From IMG/VR virus record IMGVR_UViG_2791355019_000001, positions 214 to 64,213 of that record: a stretch of 64,000 bases of DNA. The stretch is one strand, 5' to 3'. Below are positions 8,301 to 16,757 of the stretch, piece after piece (within the stretch, counting starts at the first letter, position 1; every line of letters begins with the position of its first letter). The notes beneath the pieces were generated by a model. That model searched no databases and was not told the origin of the DNA. It worked only from the letters and a program-made list of their open reading frames with translations. The DNA comes from a virus. Its lineage: Duplodnaviria > Caudoviricetes. The position numbers were made by a program, and so were the translations under genes.

Positions 8301-11185
8301 TCGAAGAACTCGGCTACTTCGCGAGCGTCTGGATTGTTCAGCACGGCATCGAACGACGCCTCGAAGTCATACATCGACTGATCTTCGGGCGCCAGATAGC
8401 CAGGATTACGCTGAGCGTCCAGCCATTCCATCATGCCCTCGATGGTGCGCGCGGATTTGACCGGAATCCATTTGCCCTGCGCGGCATCCTCGATGTGCTG
8501 CGCAAGAACGTCCGGGCGCGCTTCCATGCCCGACAAAAACCATTCTGCGCGCGGAATCCATTTGGTGCGACTAGCCTTGCCTTCAGCATCGCGGATGAGC
8601 TTTCCACCTTGCTCTGCCCATCCGGCGTCTTGCGCCATGGCGCGAAGGTCGTCGACCACCGGCATCGCGCGCTGAGTCAGGGTAGGGTCAGGTTTCAGGC
8701 GGGAACGCGCGTCCGCCGCTTTCGCCTGTGCCTGCGCGGGATTCGGCGGGTTCGTGTCCGGAGGAATGTCCGGCTGGACCGCTTGCGCCGGCGCGGCCAC
8801 GGCAGCTCCTGCGCGACGGAAAGCGGCTGCCATCGCCGAGTCCGCATGCTGATTTACACCGGCCGCCTCTGTGCGCGCCACGGCCTGGGCGATATCCTGG
8901 TCCACGGCCTCGGCGTGCAGCAGCTCGAGCTCCCTCCCCTTCTGCTCTTCGCGCTGGCGGTAGGCGTAATCTTCCTCGCGCCTGCGCAGCTCGGCCGCCG
9001 CGGCGTCGCGCGCTGCGGGGTCGGCGTGCGCGCGCGCCGTGAAGAGAAGCCCGGCCGGCGAAAGACTGGCTACGTCGAGCCGGCCCGCATGAGGCTCCGC
9101 ACCGACAGGGGGGTTACGCTCGCCTTCGCTCACGTCCGTTCGGCGCCCCTCTCCCTGGTCGCCCTGCATGAACCCAGCCACGTCGCCGAACTCCGTACTG
9201 ACGCGTTGCTTGGCGCCGGCGACGGCTTCCATTACCGGGCCGGCGAAGCGGGTCGACACCATCACCGCACCATCCTTGCGCGTGAGCGTCGGCGCCTCGG
9301 GGGCAACGGCCTTCACCGCCTCGGCGGCGCGCTCGCCGGTGACGATGACGTTGCCGTGGGCGTTGGCGACGGCCTCGACCTGCGCGAGCAGCGCGTCCTG
9401 GTCGACGTCGATCGTACCGGGGCGGGACGTTTGGGCGGCTGGAGCCGGTTGGCCTGCGCTGCGCACGGCGGCATTCTCGGCGCGCGTCACGGCAAGCTCC
9501 GCCGCGTCGCCGGTGGATGCGGCTTCGGCTTCGCGCTGCTGCAGGGCCTGCTCGATTGAGGCGGCAGCCTGTTGGGCAACGTCCGCCATCGCCGGCATTG
9601 CCGCCGGCGCCTCCGGGGCGACCGGCGCGGCACGTTGGACTTCGGCCCACTGCGCATTGCTCGGGTCAAGCGCCTGGCGGGCAAGGGCGTCGACCTGCCC
9701 CCGATAGGCGGCCTCGGCAGCAACCTGCTCGGGGTCCGCGGCCTGCGCCGGGGCGGCGTTGATCGCGCCCACTGCGGCGCCCATCGGCCCGGCGGCGGCC
9801 GCTTCCATCGTTCCATGGTTGGCGATCTGGCGCAGATCCAGCCCGTCGCGTGTACCCTCGACGATCTGGCCCGTCTGCGAGCCGAGGGCTTCGCTCGCGC
9901 CCTCGCCGAACTCCTGCGCCGTCTCGACGGCGGCGGTGCGCCCTGCCGCAACGACCGGATTGGCCGTGCCGGCCGTGCCGCGCGCCACCACGCCCTCGGC
10001 GCCGCCGGCGGTCAGCTTGCCCACGGCGCGGGTGCCCAGCCCCGCGATCAGTGCCGCGGTGTACTTGGCAAGATCCCCGCCTTCGGTTTCAGCGTAGGCC
10101 GAGCCGGCGTTTGCGGCGGCGTTGGCCCACACCGCGCCGTCGGTGGCAGCCCGCTGCTGGATGCGCGCCAAGGCCCGCTCGGACACGCGCCCGGCGTACC
10201 TGCCCGCCACCGCCTTGCCGGTGGCCGCGCCGGCGCCGCCGATGAGGAAGATCGACCCCGCGCTCGGGATCGCCACATCGGCGAGCAGATCGGGGTTCTG
10301 TACGAGGTGCTGCATCACCTGGTCGGGCGTGCCGTTGCGCACGACTTCGGCGAGTTTGGCACTCTTGCCCTGCATCTGGCGCGACTGCGACTTGCTGATG
10401 TCCTCGATCACGTCAGCGAGCGCATCCGACCCCCACTCGGCCGCGCGCCCTACCAGCGGCGCGAGCTGCAGCACGTCGAGCGCCATCTTGCCGGTGGTGG
10501 GCGCCACCTTCGCCACCGAGCCGGCCAGGTTCACCGCGCCGCGCACAAGGTCACTGTCGCCGTGCTCTCGCGCGAGCTTGTCGGCGAGCGTGTCCGGGGT
10601 TTCGACCGCACGCGCCACCGGTGCATCAACGCCGGCAGCGCCCTGGCTCGCGGCGGTCATCGCGGCGGCATCGGCGTCCATGCCCTGCTCGATGCCACGG
10701 GCGATGCGCGACTCCTTGCGGCCGTCGAGATTCTGCGCAGCCGGCAGCCCAGCGGTGGCGGCGTCGCCCTGGCGGTACTCGGCATCCATCTGTCGGGCAA
10801 GGTCGCCCACCCAGTCCTGGCGCGCGAGCAGCCGCGGGCGCGACTCGGGGAAGCGCTCGTAGCTCTGGCGCACGAAGTCGATCGAGGCGGGGTTCGCCGG
10901 GGTCGTGCGCGGCGCAGCAGGCGGCGCCTCGAATCCGGCCATCACGGTGTCGGGCTTTTCCGGCGCGCGCTCGAACGGGGCCGCCATGTTCTCGAACAGC
11001 TTCTTGCCGGCGGTGATCGCGCGATCGGTGAGGCTGGGCCCGGCCGGGGGGTCTTCCACATCCTCGAAGCCCGACCAGTCTTGAGCTGTTGCGTCCGGGG
11101 CCACATCCTCGAAGCCCGACCAGTCTTGAGCTGTTGCGTCCGGGGCCACATCCTCGAAGCCCGACCAGTCTTGTTCTTTCGCCAT
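2399..11185 (-). CDS. Giant (2928 aa) polyvalent internal virion / DNA ejection protein
   Basis: Last gene of the ejection cluster; recognisable segments: MuF-C/PBECR-like (LPALLADPVMVF..INKVASIYGK), LPD23-like (ETGWHRGADGKWRFEIND), two HExxH zincin motifs (HEIQH, HEATH), PBECR-like (VRHALNRHGD..GQLPL..IPEIVSTPD), LPD38-like C-terminus. Confidence 0.8.
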   Translation of the reverse strand: MAKEQDWSGFEDVAPDATAQDWSGFEDVAPDATAQDWSGFEDVEDPPAGPSLTDRAITAGKKLFENMAAPFERAPEKPDTVMAGFEAPPAAPRTTPANPASIDFVRQSYERFPESRPRLLARQDWVGDLARQMDAEYRQGDAATAGLPAAQNLDGRKESRIARGIEQGMDADAAAMTAASQGAAGVDAPVARAVETPDTLADKLAREHGDSDLVRGAVNLAGSVAKVAPTTGKMALDVLQLAPLVGRAAEWGSDALADVIEDISKSQSRQMQGKSAKLAEVVRNGTPDQVMQHLVQNPDLLADVAIPSAGSIFLIGGAGAATGKAVAGRYAGRVSERALARIQQRAATDGAVWANAAANAGSAYAETEGGDLAKYTAALIAGLGTRAVGKLTAGGAEGVVARGTAGTANPVVAAGRTAAVETAQEFGEGASEALGSQTGQIVEGTRDGLDLRQIANHGTMEAAAAGPMGAAVGAINAAPAQAADPEQVAAEAAYRGQVDALARQALDPSNAQWAEVQRAAPVAPEAPAAMPAMADVAQQAAASIEQALQQREAEAASTGDAAELAVTRAENAAVRSAGQPAPAAQTSRPGTIDVDQDALLAQVEAVANAHGNVIVTGERAAEAVKAVAPEAPTLTRKDGAVMVSTRFAGPVMEAVAGAKQRVSTEFGDVAGFMQGDQGEGRRTDVSEGERNPPVGAEPHAGRLDVASLSPAGLLFTARAHADPAARDAAAAELRRREEDYAYRQREEQKGRELELLHAEAVDQDIAQAVARTEAAGVNQHADSAMAAAFRRAGAAVAAPAQAVQPDIPPDTNPPNPAQAQAKAADARSRLKPDPTLTQRAMPVVDDLRAMAQDAGWAEQGGKLIRDAEGKASRTKWIPRAEWFLSGMEARPDVLAQHIEDAAQGKWIPVKSARTIEGMMEWLDAQRNPGYLAPEDQSMYDFEASFDAVLNNPDAREVAEFFDDAFGDFAEQSEADAMRTLGFTEEEIANAGGQTEAGAGSAEATDVRGAATTGERAGETGAAQTQAGAAGQQEGLTLETYTSADIAQREAEQTAQAEADARAEREAAAKQRQEEGRAEVRRRSEAAADTFELGMDPMENLTGQGGLKLSRSSQFRPDPYDAQQYALAVDRIAAMETAPRSDLTVGDTPAVLRALGARALPIQMPSSMIHKASRPAIRGHDVPVAALRDLPALLADPVMVFDSKTEKGALVALVDARDDSDRPVVVAVHLDAKGGGFHRINKVASIYGKDDAADIERWMRGSLRYYQTEKASGWLRAVGLQLPEANTIKRLNPRVITDEDVVNLRYSFAGQNARTADTMALDVAQRRIEAGEDAEVVRRETGWHRGADGKWRFEINDADAGLVNMREDEYGGSRATYLSDILDHPALFAAYPELRSMDVVISFSPGSRERGMFEEGHPGDDQTFGRSPQITVEARTKDDALSVLLHEIQHGIQEAEGFATGGSIASLEETMPSPQAMNDAKVLRARMDRGESLGEARAWFLNTLGRDAAPEASILAEENSSRDLGRMPGTPAEKYRRLAGEVEARNAQARQRMTDAERRAMPPSATADVADEDVIVVFNGTEMASAPTPANAVATHARPSPMTAEALRAIVARQLPSLAGAVDQMLGRGEAGQRGGLVLIEQGDDVSIARAYAEKTGNDPGDVLHALQGDGTQYSDAGDVQGFHDSDSGLTFLVLPHLADHTAAAVLLHEATHGKQRAEIDARALALIEVRDNAVKPVREFLTRVAQRMDDAGETGNAAEAAAYIVEQAVTEGRQAGFSTVDGALMNWIDRKLGKRVGDLVRDFVAMVRAWGLRRGVALNPSIDDLVALAKLNVRDMARGDVAGQAGQSRIGDALKSALRGLVALARSAGNENKTVTLGTVTDQQASLLQRENVPVDVSFKHTADMFAVRHALNRHGDAKAEAKRGQLPLVESDISAIPEIVSTPDAWLLGAKTPRGQDIVGSLKRLPDGAVLYLEEVRSGRKTLAMTSMRKYPGTTDFEAIKDRIVPSYARSDTGDVRIVIPEDSGGQAGRGHLNFSRAGQAALPAQHGSAGFELPPWKKTDTAQERIQDRYNRLRDVVKAVAEQGGVVTDLNNFDWGEDRFHGVASNRIEQLGEKTKAILEDVKASGVSLDEVVLYAYAEHAPERNAEMQSINAHVKTGSGMSDAEAKAIIDKARQEGTDAKLARLADAIRRIARDTLQLQLDSGLITQGEFDAYNAKYRKWVPLRGFETIDEDGRTFRGTGRGFNIRGSENLRALGRDSKAGQLFENIMLDAERAIVRGTKNTEVNHRFLQFIIDNPDPDLWEIDAQKTKQGFKNGKVTLDSLVDKGDGTIGVKVKGHVVYLKIHDRKLFEQMANHWNDVEFGAIPYIGAFNRYLSKSYTAWSPEFALYTNPARDLQAALFSITGREGIGMTGLFAKNYPRAVLAAYRGEAMPNIPGVKAAKDPLYEEYKAMGGKTGFWNLNTLESKVKEIETLVKEMESLTIKNSWRVPVKAAKALERLVTGHAGALENATRLAAYMAMREAGRSKAEAAHFAKNLNVNFNRRGTWTAGLGSIFLFFNPAVQGVHNMYETLVHGKHKGQAWALIGAGMAGMAALAVLNAMAGDDDDGIPYWDKIPQYEKERNIIIVLPSFAKDIGQPIPDSTGRYFKIPLPYQWNVPMYAATLAVDVHRNSENAAHGIKPGSAAVRLAVSGATSFMPVTGYPPTYAPVHQHFANKSGFGDGPLYPETQWNKHKPDSEKYGAGMHDTGWQKWAAFVNEATGGNQFEEGLISMPPSVWRNYARAYLGGPMSFLSGSYDAIAEEDITKAPFLRKAYGEIGFRQDQSKFYEVANQALPAFNAHRDARKVSPEIATEMMKSNEVMISVGSFTQAYMEQLGRTYEQDKRTKDSKMMTEAEKRMQLKLTEKRRSDIHEAYLKRWREAVGNVK
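11056..11173. repeat. Perfect 45-bp tandem repeat (2.6 copies) encoding QDWSGFEDVAPDATA
   Basis: Unit CCACATCCTCGAAGCCCGACCAGTCTTGAGCTGTTGCGTCCGGGG starting at 11056, 11101 and (partial) 11146. Confidence 0.95.
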
Positions 11186-11215
11186 CGGAAAGCCTCTGTG
11201 CAGTGATTGCCGCAG

Positions 11216-11248
11216 AGGCTAAGCAAGGCCGTGCAGAAGGGGTGCCCT
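11216..11248 (-). promoter_or_regulatory. Putative late promoter AGGGCACCCC-N17-TAGCCT
   Basis: One of six motif copies with identical spacing; upstream of the giant gene. Confidence 0.6.
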
Positions 11249-12371
11249 ATCGCGCCGGCACGCGCTTGCGCGCCCCGCTCGGCGTGATGAACTCAGTGCC
11301 CGGGGGCAGTCGCATTGCTTCCTCTGGCGATGTGACGCTAATCGGGCCGCTGGGCTTGGGTGCCGCAGGCGCGTCGGGCTTCGTGATCTCGGCGTAAATC
11401 TGCTTCGCAGCCGAAACCAACTCAGGCACGGTCTTCCCTGCGTTCAGATGATCGCCTTGCAACTTCGTCACAATGCTGGCGATTGCTTCTTCGGCGTTGC
11501 GCCCGCGCGCGGTGCGCACCATGTCCCAAGCGCTGGCCGTGTCTTTTGCAACGCCGTTTCGGATCAGCCATTCGGCGGTCTGGACTTCTGCCGGAACGCT
11601 GCCCGCCTTCCGGCCAGGGCGCTGTTTGGGATCGAGCAGGCGCAGTCCTTCGTTCTCGAGCCGCTGCCCAGCTGCCTCGGCGGCGTACTTGCCGGCCTGC
11701 GCGCCGGAGGCGCCTGCCGATGCCCGCGCTGCAACGGCTTGCGCTTCGTTCTCGATCGCCTTCGATCGCAGCTCTTCCATCTTCAGCTGTCGCTCCTGGT
11801 CGGCAAGGATGTCGTCGGCGCCGAGAATGGAGCCGAGCTGCATCATGGTGAAGCTGCGCACCGGCGTGCCGTCCTCGCCCACCACGGCGAAGAGCTGGCT
11901 CGGCCGCCCGAATTCGTCCGCGCCCTGCGTTGGCTGCACGGTCACGCGCCGGCCGAAGCTTTGCGAAAGCGCATCGCCCAGCTTGCCTGCATCCCCCATG
12001 CGCAGCGCCGCGGTCACGCCGCGCTGGCGCAGCTCCTTGACGTTCTTCAGCAAGGGCTCGAGCTCCTCGCGCTTGGCCTTGCCGGTTTTCACGCTGCGCT
12101 TGAATATCTCGGAGCTCACCTGCAGCGGGTCGGCGTCGGCGCCCATCTCGCTCCACGTCGTCGATGCGATCTGATCGAGCTCGGACAGCCGCTTCCGTTC
12201 GGCCTGCTTCGTGTCGCGATCCTGGCGCTGCCAGTCCTGATCCTGCTGCAGCATCGACAGCCGCGCCTGGTTCTGCCGCAGCTGCATGTCCTGCGCGTTC
12301 TTCTGCTGCTGGAACTGCGCTCCAGCCATCAGCCCCTGGCCGATGCCGCCGAGTAGGTTCAATCCGCTCAT
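11247..12371 (-). CDS. Putative DNA ejection protein (P22 gp20-like position)
   Basis: Gly-rich amphipathic N-terminus MSGLNLLGGIGQGLMAG, Gln-rich coiled coil, C-terminal SPEEAMRLPPGTEFITPSG; lies between the other two ejection genes. Confidence 0.6.
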   Translation of the reverse strand: MSGLNLLGGIGQGLMAGAQFQQQKNAQDMQLRQNQARLSMLQQDQDWQRQDRDTKQAERKRLSELDQIASTTWSEMGADADPLQVSSEIFKRSVKTGKAKREELEPLLKNVKELRQRGVTAALRMGDAGKLGDALSQSFGRRVTVQPTQGADEFGRPSQLFAVVGEDGTPVRSFTMMQLGSILGADDILADQERQLKMEELRSKAIENEAQAVAARASAGASGAQAGKYAAEAAGQRLENEGLRLLDPKQRPGRKAGSVPAEVQTAEWLIRNGVAKDTASAWDMVRTARGRNAEEAIASIVTKLQGDHLNAGKTVPELVSAAKQIYAEITKPDAPAAPKPSGPISVTSPEEAMRLPPGTEFITPSGARKRVPAR

Positions 12372-13918
12372 GCCAGCGCCCCCAGTCCAACGGTCTTGAT
12401 GGTGTCGGGCGTCTTGCCCTGCTTGCGCATCTGCAAGCCCTTCTTGTTGAGCTTTTCCAGCGTGCCCAGGCCGATCGCCTTGGAGGCCTCGGCGTTCAGG
12501 ACGAACTCTTCTTCGGTGAGCATGGACGGCACGTTGTCCGTGTTGCCCTGCCACTTGCCGGGCACATCGCCTCCGGGGCGCAAGTCCTGGATGGCCCCCT
12601 TCCGCCCGGCATCCGAGAAGCGCGCCGCGGCCTCCTGCTCGCTCACGCCCTTGTTCTGCGTGCCGACCCGGCCGCCGTCGGCCCACAGATCCAGCAGCGA
12701 GCCGACTGCGTAGGCAGCACCCACCCACGGCAGGGCTGCGCCGACCGAACCCATCAACCCAGCCGCCGCGCCACCCTCCGCAGCAATCGCTGCGCCCGCA
12801 CCTGCGCCTTCAGCAACGGTCCCGGCGGTCGTAGCCAAACCGGCCTCTTGCAAGCCCGCCATTGCAGCAGAGGACACCGCTTCGGACGCAGCGGGCGCAG
12901 CGGCAGCAACCTCGCTGACGGGCTTGATCACAGCATCCGCAACCGGCGCTTGCGCGACCTGCGACTGCGGGCCGACGATGCTGGTGTAGGCATCCGCCGC
13001 CTTGTCCGCGACCATGTTGCCGACCTTGTCCGCAGCGGTCGCAATCGTCGGGTTTTTGCCAGCCATCGTCGCCATACTTGCCATCGTCACCGGGCTTATG
13101 CCGCCCCGCTGTTGCGGCGCCTGCGCACTCGGGGGCGGCGCGATCTGCTGCATCTGGAAAAAGCCCCGGTTCTGCTGACTGCCGGCCTGGCCGCCGAGCA
13201 TGTGGCGCTCGACCTTCTTCAGCCCGGACAGGCCGCCCACCCCCTTCACCTTGCCGCCGTCCTTGAACATCGACAGCGCCATCATGCCGCCGCCCACCGC
13301 CGAGCCGATCGCATTCGACTGTGCCTGGTCCTGCGCCATCTGCTGATTGGCCTGCGTCGAGTACAGGCTACCCAGGCCGCTCAAGGCGTTGCCCATCTGC
13401 GTGGCGGCGCTGTTGCTCTGCCCGGTGAAGGTGCCCACCGCATCCTGCGCCACGGCGAGCTGGTATTTGCTGGCGTCGTTGCGGGCGATGTTCTGCCCCG
13501 CGGCCATGCGCGCGGCGTTGTTCAGCTCGGTGCTGCGCATCGAGCCAGCGAAGCGCGGGTCGTTCGGGTTGACGCCCATCGAAGCCAGATTGCGCTCGGT
13601 GGCGGCGCGCTCCATGGCGTTGGCGCCCGCCATGTCGGCGGCGGCCAGGCCCGCCTGGCGCCCGGCGTAGCCCGGATCCTGAATGGCTCCGACCTGATCG
13701 ACATAGCTTTGCACCGCGCCCGGCAGATTGGCCTCAGCCTGTTCGCGCAGCAGGCGCGCGGAGGCGGCCTGTTCTTCGTAGAGGTCTTCGAGGCTGTCGT
13801 ACTTGACCGAGCCGCTGTCGCCGCCGCCGCCGTACAGCCGGTGCAGCCGCCCGCTCGGCGAAGGGCGAAACGCTCGTACATCAAGATCAGGGCCGCAGGC
13901 CCATAGAGTTTGTTTCAC
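12368..13918 (-). CDS. Putative DNA ejection protein (P22 gp7-like)
   Basis: GTG start overlapping the upstream stop (GTGA); short basic leader ending RLYGGGGDSG; Ala/Gly/Gln-rich with hydrophobic segments. Confidence 0.6.
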   Translation of the reverse strand: MKQTLWACGPDLDVRAFRPSPSGRLHRLYGGGGDSGSVKYDSLEDLYEEQAASARLLREQAEANLPGAVQSYVDQVGAIQDPGYAGRQAGLAAADMAGANAMERAATERNLASMGVNPNDPRFAGSMRSTELNNAARMAAGQNIARNDASKYQLAVAQDAVGTFTGQSNSAATQMGNALSGLGSLYSTQANQQMAQDQAQSNAIGSAVGGGMMALSMFKDGGKVKGVGGLSGLKKVERHMLGGQAGSQQNRGFFQMQQIAPPPSAQAPQQRGGISPVTMASMATMAGKNPTIATAADKVGNMVADKAADAYTSIVGPQSQVAQAPVADAVIKPVSEVAAAAPAASEAVSSAAMAGLQEAGLATTAGTVAEGAGAGAAIAAEGGAAAGLMGSVGAALPWVGAAYAVGSLLDLWADGGRVGTQNKGVSEQEAAARFSDAGRKGAIQDLRPGGDVPGKWQGNTDNVPSMLTEEEFVLNAEASKAIGLGTLEKLNKKGLQMRKQGKTPDTIKTVGLGALA

Positions 13919-14328
13919 TGGTTGGACTCCAGGATTGCAACGCTGTAACCGACATCGAAGCCGGCGCGCTGGTACAGGCGGGCCACCGTGTTTCGGCAGC
14001 GGGTTTCGATCCAGTCGCAGCCCAGCGTGCGTGCAGCTGCGATCAGGGCCTCTTTCGCGCGCGACCCACCGCGGCCGGCGCCGTACTGGATGTAGAGCAC
14101 GCGCTTGCGGGGGTAGTTTGCGACGGTGCAGGTGACGACAAACTCGACCTCGGAGCGTTCGTTGACAATGCCTGCCGCGAACATTTCGCCCCGGGCGATG
14201 CCGTCGTGAATGTCGGCCAAGGTGTATTCGCCGCGGCCATAGGGCAGCGCCGCCGCGACCAGTGCGCCGATCTGCGGCCACAGGCAGCCGACAGCCAGAT
14301 CCTTGGGGATGACGCCGATGAATTCCAT
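13915..14328 (-). CDS. GNAT-like virion assembly protein (P22 gp14-like position)
   Basis: 137 aa, AAARTLGCDWIETRCR..VARLYQRAGF acetyltransferase-like tail; directly upstream of the gp7-like gene. Confidence 0.55.
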   Translation of the reverse strand: MEFIGVIPKDLAVGCLWPQIGALVAAALPYGRGEYTLADIHDGIARGEMFAAGIVNERSEVEFVVTCTVANYPRKRVLYIQYGAGRGGSRAKEALIAAARTLGCDWIETRCRNTVARLYQRAGFDVGYSVAILESNQ

Positions 14329-14335
14329 GTCGCCG

Positions 14336-14369
14336 ATGCTCGCCTCGATCGCCGGGCGGGGGTGCCCTT
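14336..14369 (-). promoter_or_regulatory. Putative late promoter AAGGGCACCCC-N17-GAGCAT
   Basis: Motif copy in the intergenic gap. Confidence 0.6.
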
Positions 14370-14409
14370 GGTGCGCGCGACGCTACCGCGACATGACTAT
14401 GCTTTGATG

Positions 14410-15024
14410 CTACGCCGGCCAGCCGGCGGCGAGGTCGTGGGCGAGGACGGCGCTGATGTCGGTGAGCGCGGCAATGGCGGCCTTGTGCTGCCACGCAGCA
14501 ACGAGCAGGGCCTGTTTGCGGTCCTCGATTGCACGGCTCAGGGCCGCCAGATGCGCTTGCACGGTCGCCGCATCATCGGTCGCCCAGTGCATCGCGTTGG
14601 CGCGGTCGCGCCAGCCGATCCAGCCGCCCGGCAACCCGTCGCCACGAAGGAGTCGGCCGAGCGTGCCGCTGATGTTTTCGCGCGCCTGCGTATCGGCATC
14701 GAATGCCGCGCCGGCGTAGGCGATCGGCGCAAGGTCGCGCCGAGCGAGCTCTGCACCCACTTCGGCCTGACGGGATGTGCGGGCGCGATCGAGGTCGGGC
14801 AGCCAGGATTTTGTAGGCCAGTCCCATATATGAAACTGCGATGGCCGCGGCGGCTTTTCGACGATGAGGCCGCGGCCTTGATCATAGTAATGAAGCTCAC
14901 GATCGGCCACACCAAGCGCCAGCGCAGCGCCTTCGCGCACCTGTAGATCAATGTCTTTTGCCATGCACGCGCCCGTACCGACAACCTTCCCACTCGGCTC
15001 GTAAAAAAAGAAGTGCTGCAGCAT
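14410..15024 (-). CDS. Tail fibre assembly-like protein (DUF4376-like)
   Basis: KPPRPSQFHIWDWPTKSW followed by FDAD..ARENI..WRDRAN motifs; translationally coupled to the upstream fibre gene. Confidence 0.65.
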   Translation of the reverse strand: MLQHFFFYEPSGKVVGTGACMAKDIDLQVREGAALALGVADRELHYYDQGRGLIVEKPPRPSQFHIWDWPTKSWLPDLDRARTSRQAEVGAELARRDLAPIAYAGAAFDADTQARENISGTLGRLLRGDGLPGGWIGWRDRANAMHWATDDAATVQAHLAALSRAIEDRKQALLVAAWQHKAAIAALTDISAVLAHDLAAGWPA

Positions 15025-16757
15025 CAACGCATCCTCCCTGTTACCGTGAGCATGCACGCCCCAGTTCCTGCGCTGACCGTACAGGAAATGGTCCGCGACG
15101 AATTGGGCGGGATCCATCCGCCAAACATTACGGCAGCATTCCCCCATGCCGAAACCCCTACCGCGCTGGACCCGCCCCCGCCGCCGACGGTTACGGTTGC
15201 GCTCCCACTGGTTGCATTGACCCCTGAGCCGACTGCGATGTATGCCAAGCCGTCGTCTCCAGCCGACATGCTTACGGAAGCGCCACCGCTCCCTTCTGCA
15301 TAAGCCACAGACGTTACCGCATCCCCCTTGATCTGCAGCGTATCGACGTAGGCATCCCCGGTGTAGATCTTGTTGCCGTCGATCAGGGTGGTGTTGGGGC
15401 GAGCCCAGTAACCAATCGCACTCCCGGCGCTCGCGCCGACTGCCGCATTGGCGACGACGGTTGATCCGGCTACGCCGTCGAGCTTGCCGGCATCGTTTGC
15501 AAACGAGACCGTGCCATTGAAGAAAATGCCCGAACTGTTGATCTGGAATGGCACGCGATCCGCGTAGCCGGGGCGCGCGACAACGAAGTCGGTCGCGTTG
15601 ACGACGAAGCTCGACGACTTCCCATCATTCATCAGGCCGATCCCGGCCACATGGCCGTTGACGTCGGTCTTGATCGTCCATTGCGCGTGAATGCCGTCGA
15701 TCGCCTCGGCGTGCTCTTGCACTGTTGCGACGTTGCCGTTGAGCACGGTTGCGACGGTAGTGATGTCCGACGCAAGTGCGCTTACGGCGTCTGCGCGCGC
15801 GGTCGTCTCGGTACTGATCAGCGCCAGGGATTGCGCGATGCGCGCATCGTCTGCAGGCACCCACGCCGATCCATTCCAGCGCATCAGCCTGTTGTTGTTG
15901 CCGGTGTCGATCCACAGGTCGTTGACTCGCGTCGCGGTCGGCGCCGTCGACTGTACGAACGTTGAATTCTTGCTGTTCGTGGTTGCCACCACCGTGGTGA
16001 TCTGCTGCGCCAATGCTCCGTCAGCGTCGGCGCGCGCGGTTTGCTCAGAAAGGATCGCCCCGGCGTTATCATCGACCGAAGCGGACAGGGCGGTGATCGT
16101 GTTCGCCTGCGCGGCCAGTTCACTCGACTGCACGTTGAGCGTCGTCTGCACTGCGGCGAAACTGTCGCCCGTCTCCGCGGCCAGGGTCGTGATCTGCTGC
16201 GCCATGGCGTCGTATTGGGTGGCGCGCACGGTCGACTCTTCGAGGATCGCTGCGTAATTATTGCCGACCGACACCTTCATCCCGCGCACGTCTGCACGTA
16301 GCGCCGAGCCGTCGGCGATACGCTCGGTGCGCTCGCTCAGAAACCCATCTTCCATCGCCTTGATGCGTGCAATCGACAGATTGTTTTCCACCGAAAGGTA
16401 GTCGATCGCCTTTTGTGCATGCGCAAGGGAGGAAGACAGGTCGATTGGCAGCCCCAGCGTTTCGAGCAGCTTTGCCGCCAGAGGGCTCAACGCCCCGCCG
16501 CCGCCCGCCCCACCACCTGACCCGGTGGGCGTAGACGGCGTGCTGGGGGTGGCGATCCCGAGTCCGCTGGCCACGACGGCGTCGGCCATCCCGAACACAT
16601 CAGCCGCGGTCAAAAAGCGCTCCGAACCATCCCCGGCGCGGGCGTTGCGCACATTCCACCCGTCCGCAAGCGCCTGCAGCGCGCGGCGCGTAGCCTCGTC
16701 CTTGATGGCCGAGAGCGGGGGCATCGCCGGGATGGCTGGCGCAATCTGCTTAGACAT
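15024..16757 (-). CDS. Tail tip / fibre protein (DUF1983-like, host-specificity J C-terminal type)
   Basis: Coiled-coil repeats EQTARADADGALA and WTIKTDVNGHVAGIGL..SSFVVNATDF. Confidence 0.7.
   Translation of the reverse strand: MSKQIAPAIPAMPPLSAIKDEATRRALQALADGWNVRNARAGDGSERFLTAADVFGMADAVVASGLGIATPSTPSTPTGSGGGAGGGGALSPLAAKLLETLGLPIDLSSSLAHAQKAIDYLSVENNLSIARIKAMEDGFLSERTERIADGSALRADVRGMKVSVGNNYAAILEESTVRATQYDAMAQQITTLAAETGDSFAAVQTTLNVQSSELAAQANTITALSASVDDNAGAILSEQTARADADGALAQQITTVVATTNSKNSTFVQSTAPTATRVNDLWIDTGNNNRLMRWNGSAWVPADDARIAQSLALISTETTARADAVSALASDITTVATVLNGNVATVQEHAEAIDGIHAQWTIKTDVNGHVAGIGLMNDGKSSSFVVNATDFVVARPGYADRVPFQINSSGIFFNGTVSFANDAGKLDGVAGSTVVANAAVGASAGSAIGYWARPNTTLIDGNKIYTGDAYVDTLQIKGDAVTSVAYAEGSGGASVSMSAGDDGLAYIAVGSGVNATSGSATVTVGGGGGSSAVGVSAWGNAAVMFGGWIPPNSSRTISCTVSAGTGACMLTVTGRMR

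Noticed and set aside
11056-11173. CRISPR array
   Set aside because: Units are contiguous and identical with no unique spacers, and they are in-frame coding repeats
15024-16757. Second DGR target (VR) in the other fibre gene
   Set aside because: No TR-like sequence seen by eye at its 3' end or elsewhere; a BLASTN of TR against the whole genome would settle this
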